This document shows positions 55,783 through 64,000 of a DNA stretch of 64,000 nucleotides, piece after piece. The notes beneath the pieces were generated by a model. That model made no database searches, was not told the origin of the DNA, and was given only the letters and a program-made list of their open reading frames with translations. The position numbers were made by a program, and so were the translations under genes. Positions within the stretch are counted from its first letter, which is position 1, and each line of letters begins with the position of its first letter. Where the stretch lies: NCBI GenBank assembly GCA_963736125.1, contig CAVTNQ010000005.1, positions 192,218 to 256,217 on the forward strand, in the 5' to 3' direction. Source of the stretch: Candidatus Latescibacterota bacterium (GTDB taxonomy: Bacteria > Krumholzibacteriota > Krumholzibacteriia > WVZY01 > JAKEHA01).

Positions 55783-56604
55783 CTAGAAGCGGAACGAGAG
55801 CGTGACGGTAGGAGCGACCGGGCCGCCGTCGCCGTTGTCGGGGCACTGATGACGATCGACCAAGAGCTCCGAGATTGCGTAGCCGAAAAACGCCCCCGAA
55901 ATGACATCCGACATCCAGTGGCTGCGCGAGTCGACGCGCTGCAAGCCGGCCGCCACCGCGAAGGTGTAGGCGGGGAGTTCGACGTACCAATGCGGATGGC
56001 GGCCCGCGGCCGCACCCGCGCCCGCGAACGCGACCGCGGTGTGACCGGAGAGAAACGATTGCGTGGCCGCGTCGCCGGGCGAGACGAGGAAGTCGAACGA
56101 ATGCGGGCCCGCGCCCGTGTACGGCCGCTTGCGCCCAACGATCAGCTTGACGGCGACGTCCAAGCCGAACGTGAACAGTCCCGACTCCGCCATGATGGCC
56201 GCCGTGTCGACCACGTAGTCGTCATCGGCGATCCAGCCGCCGAGTGCGACGACACTCGTCACGGCGGTATAGGCGATGAAGGCGTGCTTGTTGCTTTCGC
56301 CGTACCACGAGGCCAGCCGCGAGAGCTGGTGCATGGCGTTGTACGCAAACGAATCGGGTTCTCGCTGCACCATGTCGTCGATATCGTCGTCCCACCAAAT
56401 GATCGACGCCCCCGTCAGCGCGGTCGCACCGAGGGTCCAGTAGGCCGACTGCTTGTCCATGTGGAACGGCGCTTCCAAGAGCGCTTCGAAATCCTCGCCC
56501 ACCGACGACCAGGTGACGTCGCACGAATCGTCCGCGCGCACGGGATCCGCGAGGGCGACGAAGAGCGCGAGCGCGCACGCGGCGCCTCGGATCAGTCGCT
56601 CCAT
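55783..56604 (-). CDS. PAP2-family phosphatase (acid phosphatase / phosphatidic acid phosphatase type 2), secreted.
   Basis: A signal peptide is present. GRKRPY...SFLSGHTAVA...QRVDSRSHWMSDV are the three PAP2 motifs. Confidence 0.8.
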   Translation of the reverse strand: MERLIRGAACALALFVALADPVRADDSCDVTWSSVGEDFEALLEAPFHMDKQSAYWTLGATALTGASIIWWDDDIDDMVQREPDSFAYNAMHQLSRLASWYGESNKHAFIAYTAVTSVVALGGWIADDDYVVDTAAIMAESGLFTFGLDVAVKLIVGRKRPYTGAGPHSFDFLVSPGDAATQSFLSGHTAVAFAGAGAAAGRHPHWYVELPAYTFAVAAGLQRVDSRSHWMSDVISGAFFGYAISELLVDRHQCPDNGDGGPVAPTVTLSFRF

Positions 56605-58560
56605 CGAAGCCTCGCTTGCAGTATCAACGTCATGTCGAACGACGCCCCCGCGGGATGATAGCGCACGTCGGCGTCGAACAGGTTGCGCGCGATCACGTCG
56701 ACCCACAAGCGCTGGCGCCACATGCCGTGCTGTACCATCGCGTCGACGAAGGTCGCAGCACCGACCTGTTCGTGGTAGGTGGCGTTGTCGCCGCACGCGA
56801 CCCCGTCGACGCCGGCGTAGTCGGTCCACAAGGTCGCGGAATAGTGGCACAGGCGCGCCCACAGCGACCACGTCGGGCTCGGTCGGGCCCACACCGTGTA
56901 GCGAAGGCGGTGGCGCGGGACGGTCTGCCACGTCGTGCCGAGCGCGGGGTCGGAGTCGAACTCCTCCACGTAGGTCCACGAGAAATCTCCGCCCGAGTGA
57001 TCGCCGAGCGCGTGATAGAGCCGCGCTTCGACGACACCGACGTTGCCGGACTGCCCGGTGACGATGCGCGTCGGCGAGGCGAAGGTGCACGTCGCGGCGT
57101 CGTAGGTGAACGCGCGCGACTCGACGTAGGCGTCGTCGAAGCGGCGCCACCCGACGTTGAGCGACGCCCCGCCCAAGACACCGCTCGACGACCAGCCCGC
57201 GTCGGCGGACGAGACGCGCGTGCGCGTCACGGGGCCGTCGATCGAATAGGAGACGCCCTGACGCGCGAGCAGGCCGTAACCGCGTTCCGACCACAACCAC
57301 AGGTCGTTGTTTTCGGTGAACAAGCGTTCCTGCACCGCGACGCGCACCCACACGGTGTCGGCCGGGCGCACCACCCAGTGCACGCGCGCGGCGGCGGCGT
57401 TGGCGTCGTTGTCGCCGTCCGACGTGGTCGCGAGTTCGAGATCGGCGCTGCTCGAACGTCCGAGCGCTCGCTCGACGCGCACACCGGCGCGCACGAAGGT
57501 GTCTTCTTTGGTGGTGAGTGCGTCGATTGTTTCGACGCTGCGATTCTCGACGTTTGCGAACGCGACGGCACTCGTGCGGCCGAAGTCGTGGGTCACATCG
57601 ACGCCGCCCTCGAGTCGCCGCGTCGACCATTCGTAGTCGAAGGCGAGCGCGTCCTCTTGGTCGGTCAAGTCCTCGCTCGACGCGAGCGCGCGGTAATCGA
57701 TACGCGTGCGCGCACCGGTCGCGAACGAGCCGGTGACGCCGCCGAGCAGCATGCGCTGGTCGGTGGGGACTTCGCTGCCGAAGGGTTCGGAATAGTGGAA
57801 GTAGCGACGGGCGTCCGCCACGGCGGCGATGGCTTCGTGCCAGCCGCCGCCGGCGCGAATGCCCACGCGCGCGCTGGACGACAGTCGCAATACGGCCGGC
57901 CACGCCGGGTCGTAGAACCCCGACGACGACGGCTCGGTCGCACCGGGACGCAGCGTCGAGAGCGCGTCGGAGGTTTGCTCGCGCATCGCGGGGTCGGTGT
58001 AGGGGTGCTGCATCATCGCTCCCGAGAACGACGCGTACCAATTGCGCGCACCGCGCGCAATCCATATCGACGCGTCGGGGCCGATGGCATCGGGCGCATC
58101 GTCGCCGATCTCGTCCGCCGCCGCTCGCGGTCGCAGCGGTCGTCCACCCGGGTGCGGCGCGCGCGGCGTAAATCTCGATGCGCGCACTCGACGATTCCCA
58201 CGCGGCGCCCGCGCTCGATTGGTCGACGTCGTCGACGAAGACGATGGAGTCGACTTCGGCGATCGACACCGGCACCAATTCGAGATGGGTGGCGTCGAAC
58301 ACGGTGACGTCGAGCAGCTGGCCGTTCAGCACCACCGACCAGTTGGTGGCGCGCGGTTGCGTGAGGGCGCGTGCCGTCGGCATCCACGTATAGCCGTCGT
58401 TGGAGGCGGGCGCCCACGCGTCGACGAGCTGCATCGCGTCGGAGAGTCGCGTGACCGCGGCCGCTTCGAGCTGCGCGCGCGTCAGGACGACGCGACGCGC
58501 GAGCGCGACGTTGGCGTGTACAAGGAGTGTGACGGCGAATGCCGCGACGAGAGCGCGCAT
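56592..58560 (-). pseudogene. Putative large outer-membrane protein split by a frameshift in a (CG)n tract.
   Basis: An N-terminal 139-aa segment with a signal peptide (MRALVAAFAVTLLVHANVALA) is in one frame. The remaining 531 aa are in another. The junction is at tacGCCGCGCGCGCCGCaccc near 58150. Confidence 0.45.
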
Positions 58561-58619
58561 AGGAGAGGAGAGTACGCGACGCGCGTCGAACCGAAAAGCG
58601 TGTCTTGCGGCGCGGGAGG

Positions 58620-59051
58620 CTAGCCGGAGCCCGAGGTGCGGTCGTAGGCGACGAACGCGCGCACGCGGTTTTTTCCGTCCGCCCGGACGTACTCCAGATC
58701 GCGCGCCATCTTCTTGATGATCGCAACACCGAGCCCGCCGCTCTTGCCCGCTTCCAGCAGCTCGTTGATCTTCGGCGGGGAGACCGTGCGCGGATCGAAG
58801 GGCCTGCCGTCGTCTTCGACTACGACCGCAAGACCGCCCGGTTCGGTGCGAACGTCGAGGAGGATGGTGTGCTTGGCGTCGTCGTCGAAGGCGTGCTGGA
58901 TCACGTTGACGACCAATTCTTCGACCACCAGCTTGACGCGATGCGACATCGCGGGCGTCACCCCCTCTTCATCGAGGAACTCCGCCAATGCGAAGCCGAG
59001 GCGCCGGATTTCCGCGAGCTGGTTCGAAATGGTCACGCGTAGGATGGCCAT
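58620..59051 (-). CDS. Anti-sigma regulatory factor / serine-protein kinase (RsbW/SpoIIAB-like, HATPase_c).
   Basis: VEELVVNVIQHAF...VVEDDGRPFD...GGLGV are the GHKL N/G1/G2 boxes. Confidence 0.8.
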   Translation of the reverse strand: MAILRVTISNQLAEIRRLGFALAEFLDEEGVTPAMSHRVKLVVEELVVNVIQHAFDDDAKHTILLDVRTEPGGLAVVVEDDGRPFDPRTVSPPKINELLEAGKSGGLGVAIIKKMARDLEYVRADGKNRVRAFVAYDRTSGSG

Positions 59052-59054
59052 CGT

Positions 59055-59411
59055 TCACGGCCGCGCGCCGCGCGCCAGTTGCAGCGCTTCCTCCAACGTG
59101 GCGGCGAAGGGGACTACTTCGTGAACCCCCACGGTTCGAAGCGCGGCATCCACGAACCCGTAACTGCCGAGCAGGACCATGGTGTGGCCTTTCCGTCGTA
59201 GCGACTTCGCGCAACCGAACAACATCCCAATTCCGATGGACGTGATGAACTCGAGCCCGGAAACGTCGACGATGGCGGAGCGGTCGCGCGCGGCGACTTC
59301 GCCCTCGAACTGAACGTCGAGTCCCTTCAGGGCCACCATATCCAGGCGCCCGGCGAGTCGGACGTGCGAGACGCCGGCATCGTTCGGAACAACGACGAGT
59401 TCGGCACTCAC
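59055..59411 (-). CDS. STAS-domain anti-sigma-factor antagonist (RsbV/SpoIIAA-like).
   Basis: The GTG start overlaps the upstream stop (GTGA). DVSGLEFITSIGIGML is typical of STAS. Confidence 0.7.
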   Translation of the reverse strand: MSAELVVVPNDAGVSHVRLAGRLDMVALKGLDVQFEGEVAARDRSAIVDVSGLEFITSIGIGMLFGCAKSLRRKGHTMVLLGSYGFVDAALRTVGVHEVVPFAATLEEALQLARGARP

Positions 59412-60461
59412 GGTGATTCCTTTTCGTCGCGATAAATGAACGTGTGGGGTTTGCCGTCCGCGGTGACGAAGCCGCGATACATGCCCGGCGTGTTGCACTC
59501 CATGGCGAAGCGGCCCTTGCGGTCGAGCGCGATCAAGCCGCCCGTCGCTTCGCCGCCGAGCTGCCCCAGCTCGTCTTGTACGACGCGTTGCGCGGCTTTT
59601 TCGACCGAGAGGTGTTGGTAGCGCATGAGTGCCGAGACCTCGTACGCGGCGACGTCGCGGATGAAGATCTCGCCGCGCCCCGTACACGACACCGCGCAGG
59701 TCGCGTTGTCCGCATAGGTCCCGGCGCCGATGATGGGCGAATCGCCCACGCGGCCCCAGCGCTTGTTGGTCAGCCCTCCGGTCGACGTGGCCGCCGCCAA
59801 ATTGCCGCTGCGATCCAGCGCCACCGCACCGACCGTTCCAAAATGCGTGTGCGGAAACTCGAGGGAGCCGTACTCCTTCTTCTTCTCTTTTTCTTTTTCC
59901 TGCGTGCCGCTTGAGCTCGTCCCAGCGTTCCTGGGTGAAGAAGTACGCGCTGTCTTCGAATTGGAGTCCTTGCTCGCGCGCGAACGTCTCCGCGCCTTCG
60001 CCGACCAGCATCACGTGGCTCGTCTGCTCCATGACCTTGCGCGCGGCGCGCACCGGATTCTTGATCCCTTGCACCGACGCGACCGCACCGGCCTTGCGCG
60101 TGGCACCGTCCATGATGGCGGCGTCCATCTCGTTCTTGCCTGCGCTCGTGAAGACCGAGCCGCGCCCGGCGTTGAAAAGCGGGCTGTCTTCAAGGACGAC
60201 GATGGCCGCTTCGACAGCGTCCAGGCTGGTGCCGCCGCTTTCGAGGATGCGATAGCCGGCGTTGAGCGCTTCGGTGAGAGCACCGCGCAGAGCGGCTTCG
60301 CGCTCGGGCGTCATCTTTTCGCGCAGGATGGTGCCGGCCCCGCCGTGGATGACGAGCGTCGGCTTGGCCGAATCGGCGGCGTGCGCTGAACTCGTGGGGA
60401 GTACGAGCGAGATCAACGTCAATAACAGGGGGAGTAGATGAGCGTGCGTGCCGGTATTCAT
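59408..60461 (-). pseudogene. Isoaspartyl peptidase / L-asparaginase (Ntn hydrolase) with a frameshift in an A5 homopolymer.
   Basis: The N-terminal part is in one frame (signal peptide, TLVIHGGAG...). The C-terminal part (HFGTVGAVALD nucleophile motif ...GAGTYADN) is in a frame offset by 1 nt. The switch falls inside GGAAAAAGAAAAAGAG around 59870-59890. Confidence 0.6.
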
Positions 60462-60746
60462 CCCGATCCGACGAGCTGTTCGCCGGAGCGCGGATTATAC
60501 ACGAAGAACTCGCGGGTTGGTTAGCCGCGAGTTCGAGGGTGGTGGGGTCTCGATTTTTCGCGTCCGCCCGACGCAAACGCCGGGAGGTCAGTGTGAGTTG
60601 GACCGGGCGGCGGGCCCGTTACGTCTCGCCCCTTTAGACGGATTCGAAACCGCTTATCACCCGATCCTGGCTGAAAGGGTCGGACGGACTCCGCGGAATT
60701 CCCGAGAGAATTCCTTCGCGCCGAAAAAGAACTGGAAGAACGTGGA

Positions 60747-61676
60747 TTAACCGTTGAGGAGGTCGGAGATTAGCGTTTGCGCACGGGCCTCCAGGGGTGA
60801 CCCCGGGAACTGGGATCGCACCAGTTCGAGGGTTCGGCGGGCCGAATCCACTTGGCCCGTTTCGTATTGGACCAAAGCCAGATTCAACAGCGCGGCGCCG
60901 TTTTGCGGGTCGGCCTCGAGGGCGGACTGCAGCAAGCGCTCCGCGCGATCGAATTCATCGGAGCGATAGGCGACGATCGCATCCAGCACGAGGAAGCGAG
61001 CGTCGTCGGAGAAACGCAGACGGGCGTCTTCGGCAAACAGGCGTGCCTGCTCGAGGTCGCCGGTAGCCAAGAAGCCGCTAATCAGCCAGTGCGCCACTTC
61101 CGGGTTGGCATCTTCGCGGTAGGCCCGCTTGAGCTGGAAGAGCGCGGCGGCGATGTTCTCGTCGCTTGCGACGATACCGCTACGATGGAGCGGCGAGGTC
61201 ATGGCGGCGGCGTCCTCGGTTCCCGGCAGGACGATCGAGCCCTCGATCGACGCGCTCACCGCGGCCTGCTGGAGAGGCGAGAAGTAGGGCTCGTAGCGGT
61301 TGCCACCTCGAATCCCGGACTGCCACCACACGACGGCGGCGACCAGAACCACCGCAACCGCCTCGCCCGCCAAGACGGGCGGCGCGAACCACCGAGAGCG
61401 CGACTTTGCGCGCGGTTTCCGCTCGACGGCGTCGTAGCCCACACTCCACTTGGCCGGCTTGGCGATCGAGCGCGCGAGCCGAATCATCTCGTCCGGCGCC
61501 CGGAACACGGAGGCGTCGGCGAGCAGGATCGCGCGGTAGCGAATCGCATCCAAGTAGCTATCGTGGCAGGCGTTGCACGAGCGGACGTGCTCGATCAGGA
61601 GAGCGCGGTCGGCCTCCGACATGGAGTCGTCGGCAAGTGCCGCAAGCTGTTCGTCGGTGAGGTGTAGCTCGGTCAT
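60747..61676 (-). CDS. Anti-sigma factor with an N-terminal zinc-finger (ZAS-like), a TM helix and a C-terminal TPR domain.
   Basis: HVRSCNACHD (H-x3-C-x2-C). One TM (AVAVVLVAAVVWW). TPR-like helices run to the end. Confidence 0.7.
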   Translation of the reverse strand: MTELHLTDEQLAALADDSMSEADRALLIEHVRSCNACHDSYLDAIRYRAILLADASVFRAPDEMIRLARSIAKPAKWSVGYDAVERKPRAKSRSRWFAPPVLAGEAVAVVLVAAVVWWQSGIRGGNRYEPYFSPLQQAAVSASIEGSIVLPGTEDAAAMTSPLHRSGIVASDENIAAALFQLKRAYREDANPEVAHWLISGFLATGDLEQARLFAEDARLRFSDDARFLVLDAIVAYRSDEFDRAERLLQSALEADPQNGAALLNLALVQYETGQVDSARRTLELVRSQFPGSPLEARAQTLISDLLNG

Positions 61677-61774
61677 AGCTGCTGGTTCCCGGGCGTCCTA
61701 AACGCCCGCGTCGAGTTCGTTCGCTGATCTAGAGACGGACCCCGCCGCCCGATTCCACGGCCATCTCGGGGATC

Positions 61775-62569
61775 CTAGTCGTCCCCCTCCCGCTCCAACA
61801 ACCGCCGGAGCTTGCGCAAGGCGCCATCCAGGATGGTGTAGACCTTGCGCTGTCCGGAAAGCCCGCGCTCTTCGGCGATCCGCTGCGCCGTCCATCCTTC
61901 CTCGAAGCGCATCCGCACGACCTCGCGCTCGTCGTCGGAGAGTTCGGCGAGTAACTCGCGCACGCGCGCCGCCATCTTGTCGATGCCGTCGCGCGTGAAG
62001 GCTTCGTCCGGATCGCCTTCGCCGCGCTCGCGCTCGAATTCCATGTGCTTCAAGTAGTCGAGCAGTCGGCCCGACACGACACCGAGCGCGGGGGCCTTGG
62101 CGTCGGATTCGAGGCGTCGCAGGTAGTGCTTGTCGACAGTGCCTTCGATCTTCAAGACCGCGTGCGCGACCATCTCGGCGTTCGCACGCGTACCGGCCGA
62201 GTGGAGCGACTGAATCACCGCGTCGAAGCCCAAGCCTTCGACGAAATGAAACTTGAACACGAGGCGCTCGAGTGGCGAGAGGTCATCCCAGCCTTGCGGG
62301 TTCTTGCGGCGGCCTTGGATGTGGCGAAGGTGATCGAGGGCCTTGCCGCGTGAGACGACGATGAGCCACGTCGACAATTCGGAGCTGCCGCGAAACTCGG
62401 AGAGCTTGCCGCGATAGAGCGATTCGAGGACATCCGCGAAGACGGTGCGGATGTCGTCTTCTTCTTCGGCGAAGAGCTGGCGTCGAATGACGCTGTAGAT
62501 CAACCCCGCATAGCGATCGACGAAGGCGTGCCAGTGCGCGGTCGACCCGCCCAGGACCATTTCGATCAA
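61775..62569 (-). CDS. ECF-type RNA polymerase sigma factor (sigma-70 family) with an insertion between regions 2 and 4.
   Basis: Region 2 is YAGLIYSVIRRQL...DVLESLYRG. Region 4 is REVVRMRFEEGWTAQRIAEERGLS. Confidence 0.75.
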   Translation of the reverse strand: MIEMVLGGSTAHWHAFVDRYAGLIYSVIRRQLFAEEEDDIRTVFADVLESLYRGKLSEFRGSSELSTWLIVVSRGKALDHLRHIQGRRKNPQGWDDLSPLERLVFKFHFVEGLGFDAVIQSLHSAGTRANAEMVAHAVLKIEGTVDKHYLRRLESDAKAPALGVVSGRLLDYLKHMEFERERGEGDPDEAFTRDGIDKMAARVRELLAELSDDEREVVRMRFEEGWTAQRIAEERGLSGQRKVYTILDGALRKLRRLLEREGDD

Positions 62570-62746
62570 GGCGAGGTCTTCTTGGACGCGGGTCTCTCGC
62601 TGCGGCCGAATTCGCGGGAGACTTGGACGAGTTGGGCTTACTCGGTTTCATGGATTTCCCGGCACTGGCAGGTGGGGGGCCAGCGGACGCTACTATTGTA
62701 TGGGGGCGGCCCGCGCGGGGCAAGCCTCCTCTACGGCGTGCGACGG

Positions 62747-62869
62747 CTATCGGGGCCGTTCCGCGGAGTCGATCTCGGCCGTGAGCGAGCGTCGCAAACG
62801 TGCGAGGCGAATGCAGTAGAGCCCCACTGCGATTACCACCGCTGCATATGCGGCGACCAACCAGCTCAT
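62747..62869 (-). CDS. ccmD: Heme exporter protein D (CcmD).
   Basis: 41 aa, MSWLVAAYAAVVIAVGLYCIRLARLRR. There is an ATGA overlap with the ccmC stop. Confidence 0.55.
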   Translation of the reverse strand: MSWLVAAYAAVVIAVGLYCIRLARLRRSLTAEIDSAERPR

Positions 62870-63576
62870 GACTTCGCTCCTTCCGCGCGCGACGCTTCCG
62901 CGTCGTCGCGAAGCACCTCCACGCGCGCGCGCAGTTTCTCGATCTCGAGGCGGCGTCGATATAACGCGACGAACAAGAGCGTAAACGCGAGGACGCACAC
63001 CCACAGCGTGTTCGCCATGCGCGGGTCGAGCCCCGAGCCCTCGCCGCCCGCGATGACGGGTTGCGGGTGCTGGGTCCGCCACCACCGAATCGCGAAGTAC
63101 ACCAACGGTACGTCGATGAAGCCGGTGACGCCAACCACGGCCGCGAGCACCGCGCGACGATCGGGCGCGTCGACGTAGCGTCGCAGCATGAGGTAGCCCA
63201 TGTAGATGAGCCACAGCACCAGTGTGAGCGTGAGGCGGGCGTCCCACGTCCACCAAATGCCCCATACCGGCTTGGCCCAGATCGGGCCCGTGATCAGCAC
63301 GAGAGTGGTAAACAGCACGCCGACTTCGGCCGCCGACAACGCGCGCGCGTCCCACTTGGGGTCGCGCGTGGCGAGATAACGAAAGCTGGCGAAAAATACG
63401 ATCGCGAAGCCCAAGAACGCGTTCCACGCCAGCGGAACGTGGAAGTAGAAGATCTTCTGCACGATCCCCATCTTGCTTTCGATAGGAGCGTAGAAAAAGA
63501 TCATGCCCACTGCCACCGCCATCGCGACGAACAGCGCGGCGTCGAGAATCGTGGAACTCACACGGCGTCGACCCAT
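62866..63576 (-). CDS. ccmC: Heme exporter protein C (CcmC).
   Basis: FYFHVPLAW... and the WGxxWxWD tryptophan-rich motif (WGIWWTWDARL). Confidence 0.9.
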   Translation of the reverse strand: MGRRRVSSTILDAALFVAMAVAVGMIFFYAPIESKMGIVQKIFYFHVPLAWNAFLGFAIVFFASFRYLATRDPKWDARALSAAEVGVLFTTLVLITGPIWAKPVWGIWWTWDARLTLTLVLWLIYMGYLMLRRYVDAPDRRAVLAAVVGVTGFIDVPLVYFAIRWWRTQHPQPVIAGGEGSGLDPRMANTLWVCVLAFTLLFVALYRRRLEIEKLRARVEVLRDDAEASRAEGAKS

Positions 63577-64000
63577 CTATTCCTCCAGCACGAATTCGAA
63601 CACGAGCAGCGACGCGGTCAAGAAGACCACGTCGTAGACTATCAGAAGCGTGAACCAGAACGAAGCGCTCTCCGTGTTGCCCAGGGCGAAAGACGTCGTC
63701 TCGACGGCGCCGATCAACGCCGGCACCGACAGCGGCAAGAACAGGAGCGGCAGCAGAAACTCGCGCATGCGCGTGTTGGACGCAATGGCCGAGAAGAGCG
63801 TTCCGCTGGCCGCAAACGCGAGCGAACCCAGCGCGAACGATGCCGCCATCGCCCACGCGCGCACGATCGACACGTCGAAGAAGATCACGAACAACGGTAG
63901 TGCCACCAGTTGCGTCGCGAGCAAGAACAGCGCGTTCGCGAAACACTTGCCGAGAAAGACGCCGGCCGGGTCGACGGGGGCCAAGCGCCAGCGCGCGACC
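63577..64000 (-). CDS. ccmB: Heme exporter protein B (CcmB), 5'-truncated at the window edge.
   Basis: It is a multi-TM protein, and FSAIASNTRMREFLLPLLFLPLSVP is typical of CcmB. It abuts the ccmC start. Confidence 0.75.
   Translation of the reverse strand, partial: VARWRLAPVDPAGVFLGKCFANALFLLATQLVALPLFVIFFDVSIVRAWAMAASFALGSLAFAASGTLFSAIASNTRMREFLLPLLFLPLSVPALIGAVETTSFALGNTESASFWFTLLIVYDVVFLTASLLVFEFVLEE

Noticed and set aside
55783-58560. 925-aa ORF presented as one gene
   Set aside because: Only its first about 139 codons (signal peptide plus N-domain) and its last about 270 codons (the PAP2 phosphatase, which has its own ATG at 56604) are real coding in that frame. The middle is an out-of-frame reading of the 56592-58187 gene.
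1-64000. Mobile elements, CRISPR arrays, rRNA and tRNA
   Set aside because: No transposase, integrase or recombinase ORFs were found. No regularly spaced direct repeats with unique spacers were found. No T-loop-like GGTTCGAATCC-type motifs or rRNA-like conserved stretches were seen by eye. A proper tRNAscan/Rfam run is still needed to be certain.

Overview
This is a high-GC (~65-70%) bacterial chromosomal segment. I could support about 70 protein-coding genes, no rRNA/tRNA/CRISPR and no transposase or integrase.

Main points:
- Futalosine-route menaquinone genes are scattered across the window rather than in one operon: two MqnA-family genes, two MqnC/MqnE-type radical-SAM genes, MqnD, and a UbiA-prenyltransferase / UbiX / UbiD-family trio.
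- The outstanding feature is a six-gene hyf/hyc-like membrane complex at 24963-32172. Its large subunit has lost all four Ni-Fe-ligating cysteines. This matches the poorly characterised energy-converting hydrogenase-related (Ehr) complexes. A menaquinone radical-SAM gene follows directly.
- Second is a c-type cytochrome lipoprotein followed by a Cyc2-like fused cytochrome-porin at 37034-38886. A System I ccm (ccmBCD) operon sits at the window end.
- Other notable items:
  - a pga-like exopolysaccharide locus in the order D-C-A-B
  - a Kelch-repeat protein with a T9SS C-terminal sorting domain
  - a DUF1223-MsrB fusion plus a secreted MsrA
  - a five-copy TTGTCAAC(A) direct-repeat array, resembling a DnaA box, between an HTH-GHKL regulator and ubiA
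  - an AT-rich island of TAGTAG inverted repeats upstream of a TrmB-like regulator
  - three frameshifted genes within 54.7-60.5 kb
  - a 490-bp lower-GC ORF-free gap between convergent genes that may hold a small RNA
- Many long ORFs in the provided track are Arg/Ala-rich antisense artefacts of GC-rich coding DNA and were discarded. The T9SS domain, futalosine pathway and GC content loosely suggest a Gemmatimonadota-like organism; this is low-confidence inference.
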